Source: Octopus bimaculoides
Taxonomy: Eukaryota
Direction of reading: 5' to 3'
DNA length: 63,951 nt
Assembly (NCBI RefSeq): GCF_001194135.2
Contig: NC_069003.1
Location: 21,801,946-21,865,896, forward strand
The notes beneath the pieces are model-generated. The model ran no database searches, was not told the origin of the DNA, and worked only from the letters and a program-made list of their open reading frames with translations. Below are positions 62,366 to 63,951 of this stretch, one piece after another (position 1 is the first letter of the stretch; every line of letters starts with the position of its first letter). A program made the translations under genes and the position numbers.

Positions 62366-63009
62366 TTAATAATAATGATAATAATAATAATGATGATGAT
62401 GATGATAAAGCTGATGATAATAATAATAATGATGATAATAATAACAATTTCTCACCAGTGGCACATATCAATGCATTTGTAAGGAGAACTAAAAATCAAT
62501 AAAATCAATTCCAGTATTTCATTAGTATTTTGTATTTTGCCTCCGCCCTAATCCCAATCCTCCACCCACAACAACAAAAACGAAAATCATTCAAGCAAGA
62601 TTTTATAATTTCTCAGATTTACTCAAACACACTAATTAGCTGTGGGGATGGGGGTTTAATTAATATAACTGGACACTTATTAAAATAAAATGCAATTTAG
62701 CTCAGCTCATAAGTGTGAAATTAGTTTTGGCATTTGTGGTAGTTCGATAATTATTAAAAAAATCTTCTTGTAATCATTTTTTGCAGCTGGAAAGCGGACA
62801 TTAAAAAGTGATGATGACGATGACGATGATGATGTGTCATGCTTGATGTAGAGGCATCCATATATTGCAAACGTGTTGCTTTCCTGAAAACTCTTGTTGT
62901 AACATGGAACAGGCACAGGTGTGACTGTATGATTAAGAAGTTTGCTTTGCAATCACACGGTCTCAGATACAGTCACACATCCGGAACATAAGCCAGCAAC
63001 ATCATCATC

Positions 63010-63250
63010 ATTGTTTCAGATGGAATTTTTTGGAGGTGGATTTTTTGGCAACTGGATACGTTTCTTGTTGCCACCCCCCCCCATCCCCCAACCTGTTTCC
63101 AAGCACAGCAATATTTCCCCGTGACCGGACATGTCTCGCATGACTGGAAACAAAGACATCACTTACATGACAGTGACACTCAGTTACGGGGACGTAAACA
63201 CACCACCATCGGTTGTCAAGCGATGGTGGGGGGACAAACACAGACACACA

Positions 63251-63290
<40 letters not shown>

Positions 63291-63460
63291 CATATATACG
63301 ACGGGCTTCTTTCAGTTTCCGTCTACCAAATCCACTCACAAGGCTTTGGTCGGCCCGTGGCTATAATAGAAGATACTTTCCCAAGGTGCCACACAGCGGG
63401 ACTGAACCCGGAACCATGTGGTTGATAAGCAAGCTACTTACCACACAGCCACTCCTACAC
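63010..63460 (-). mobile_element. Chimeric SINE (A head + partial A right monomer + C right monomer)
   Basis: Minus strand switches from GTTTACGTCCCCGTAAC (A) to TGTCACTGTCATGTAAG...GGGGAAATATTGC (C) near 63180. Confidence 0.75.
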
Positions 63461-63579
63461 CTGCCTATATACATATACATATATCATCATCAATTAACAT
63501 CCATTTCTCAAGCTGGCATGGGTTGGATGGTTTGACCAAAGCTGACGGACACACACATATAAGTACATACATATGTACT

Positions 63580-63680
63580 GAAGAATGACGTCAGGATGCT
63601 GAACCTTTCAGGCAAAATGACGAAGTGCCGGGATGCCTAGCACCTTGCTGTACTCAATAAGACCTGTGGTCAACATCAGA
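63580..63680 (+). pseudogene. RTE LINE RT C-terminal relic
   Basis: LKNDVRMLNLSGKMTKCRDA*HLAVLNKT. Confidence 0.6.
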
Positions 63681-63759
63681 AGTGTTAAGTGTGGACCCCT
63701 GGTGGAAAGGATTGACTTGCATGTAAAAACAAACCAGACCAAGTTCCAATCTGATTTGG

Positions 63760-63905
63760 TCTGATTTACGGTTGTTAATCCTATGAATATGATGTTCTAA
63801 GTTTGATGAGCTGGCATAGGATAGTTTTATAGTAGGACGGTTGAATATTTTGCTGTACACTCCATTTTTAGGCCAGCAGCAATCAAGTGTGGTGAAAAAT
63901 TGTTT
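63760..63905 (-). pseudogene. Penelope-like element fragment
   Basis: FFTTLDCCWPKNGVYSKIFNRPTIKLSYASSSNLEHHIHRIN. Confidence 0.75.
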
Positions 63906-63914
63906 CAAGATCTT

Positions 63915-63951
<37 letters not shown>

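Overview
Repeat-saturated animal genomic DNA with 8 assembly gaps and no confidently identifiable host gene. The SINE, microsatellite and transposon complement resembles Octopus/coleoid cephalopod DNA as I recall it (inference, not checked). All recognisable coding sequence comes from decayed transposable elements: mariner (DD34D, 4 pieces), maT-like (2), a TRT-like DD37E Tc1 with ~185-bp TIRs, a Helitron lacking its Rep core, hAT/Charlie-Buster, a pogo-like N-terminus, piggyBac-like MITEs, R4/Dong-type and RTE LINEs, and three Penelope-like (PLE) fragments. Dozens of tRNA-headed SINE copies fall into about five modular families (labelled A-F here for convenience). The most unusual signal, not explained by the ORF track, is a set of small non-coding elements, mostly next to microsatellites, built around type-I hammerhead ribozyme (HHR) motifs. 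These include a ~375-bp foldback with an HHR on each strand (20648-21024), a second foldback with one HHR (2341-2680) and a tRNA-headed SINE carrying a minimal HHR (30448-30753). Together with the PLE fragments they suggest a retrozyme-like, Penelope-dependent system. All folds were read by eye, many boundaries are approximate, and activity is untested. A few low-confidence candidate host exons are listed.
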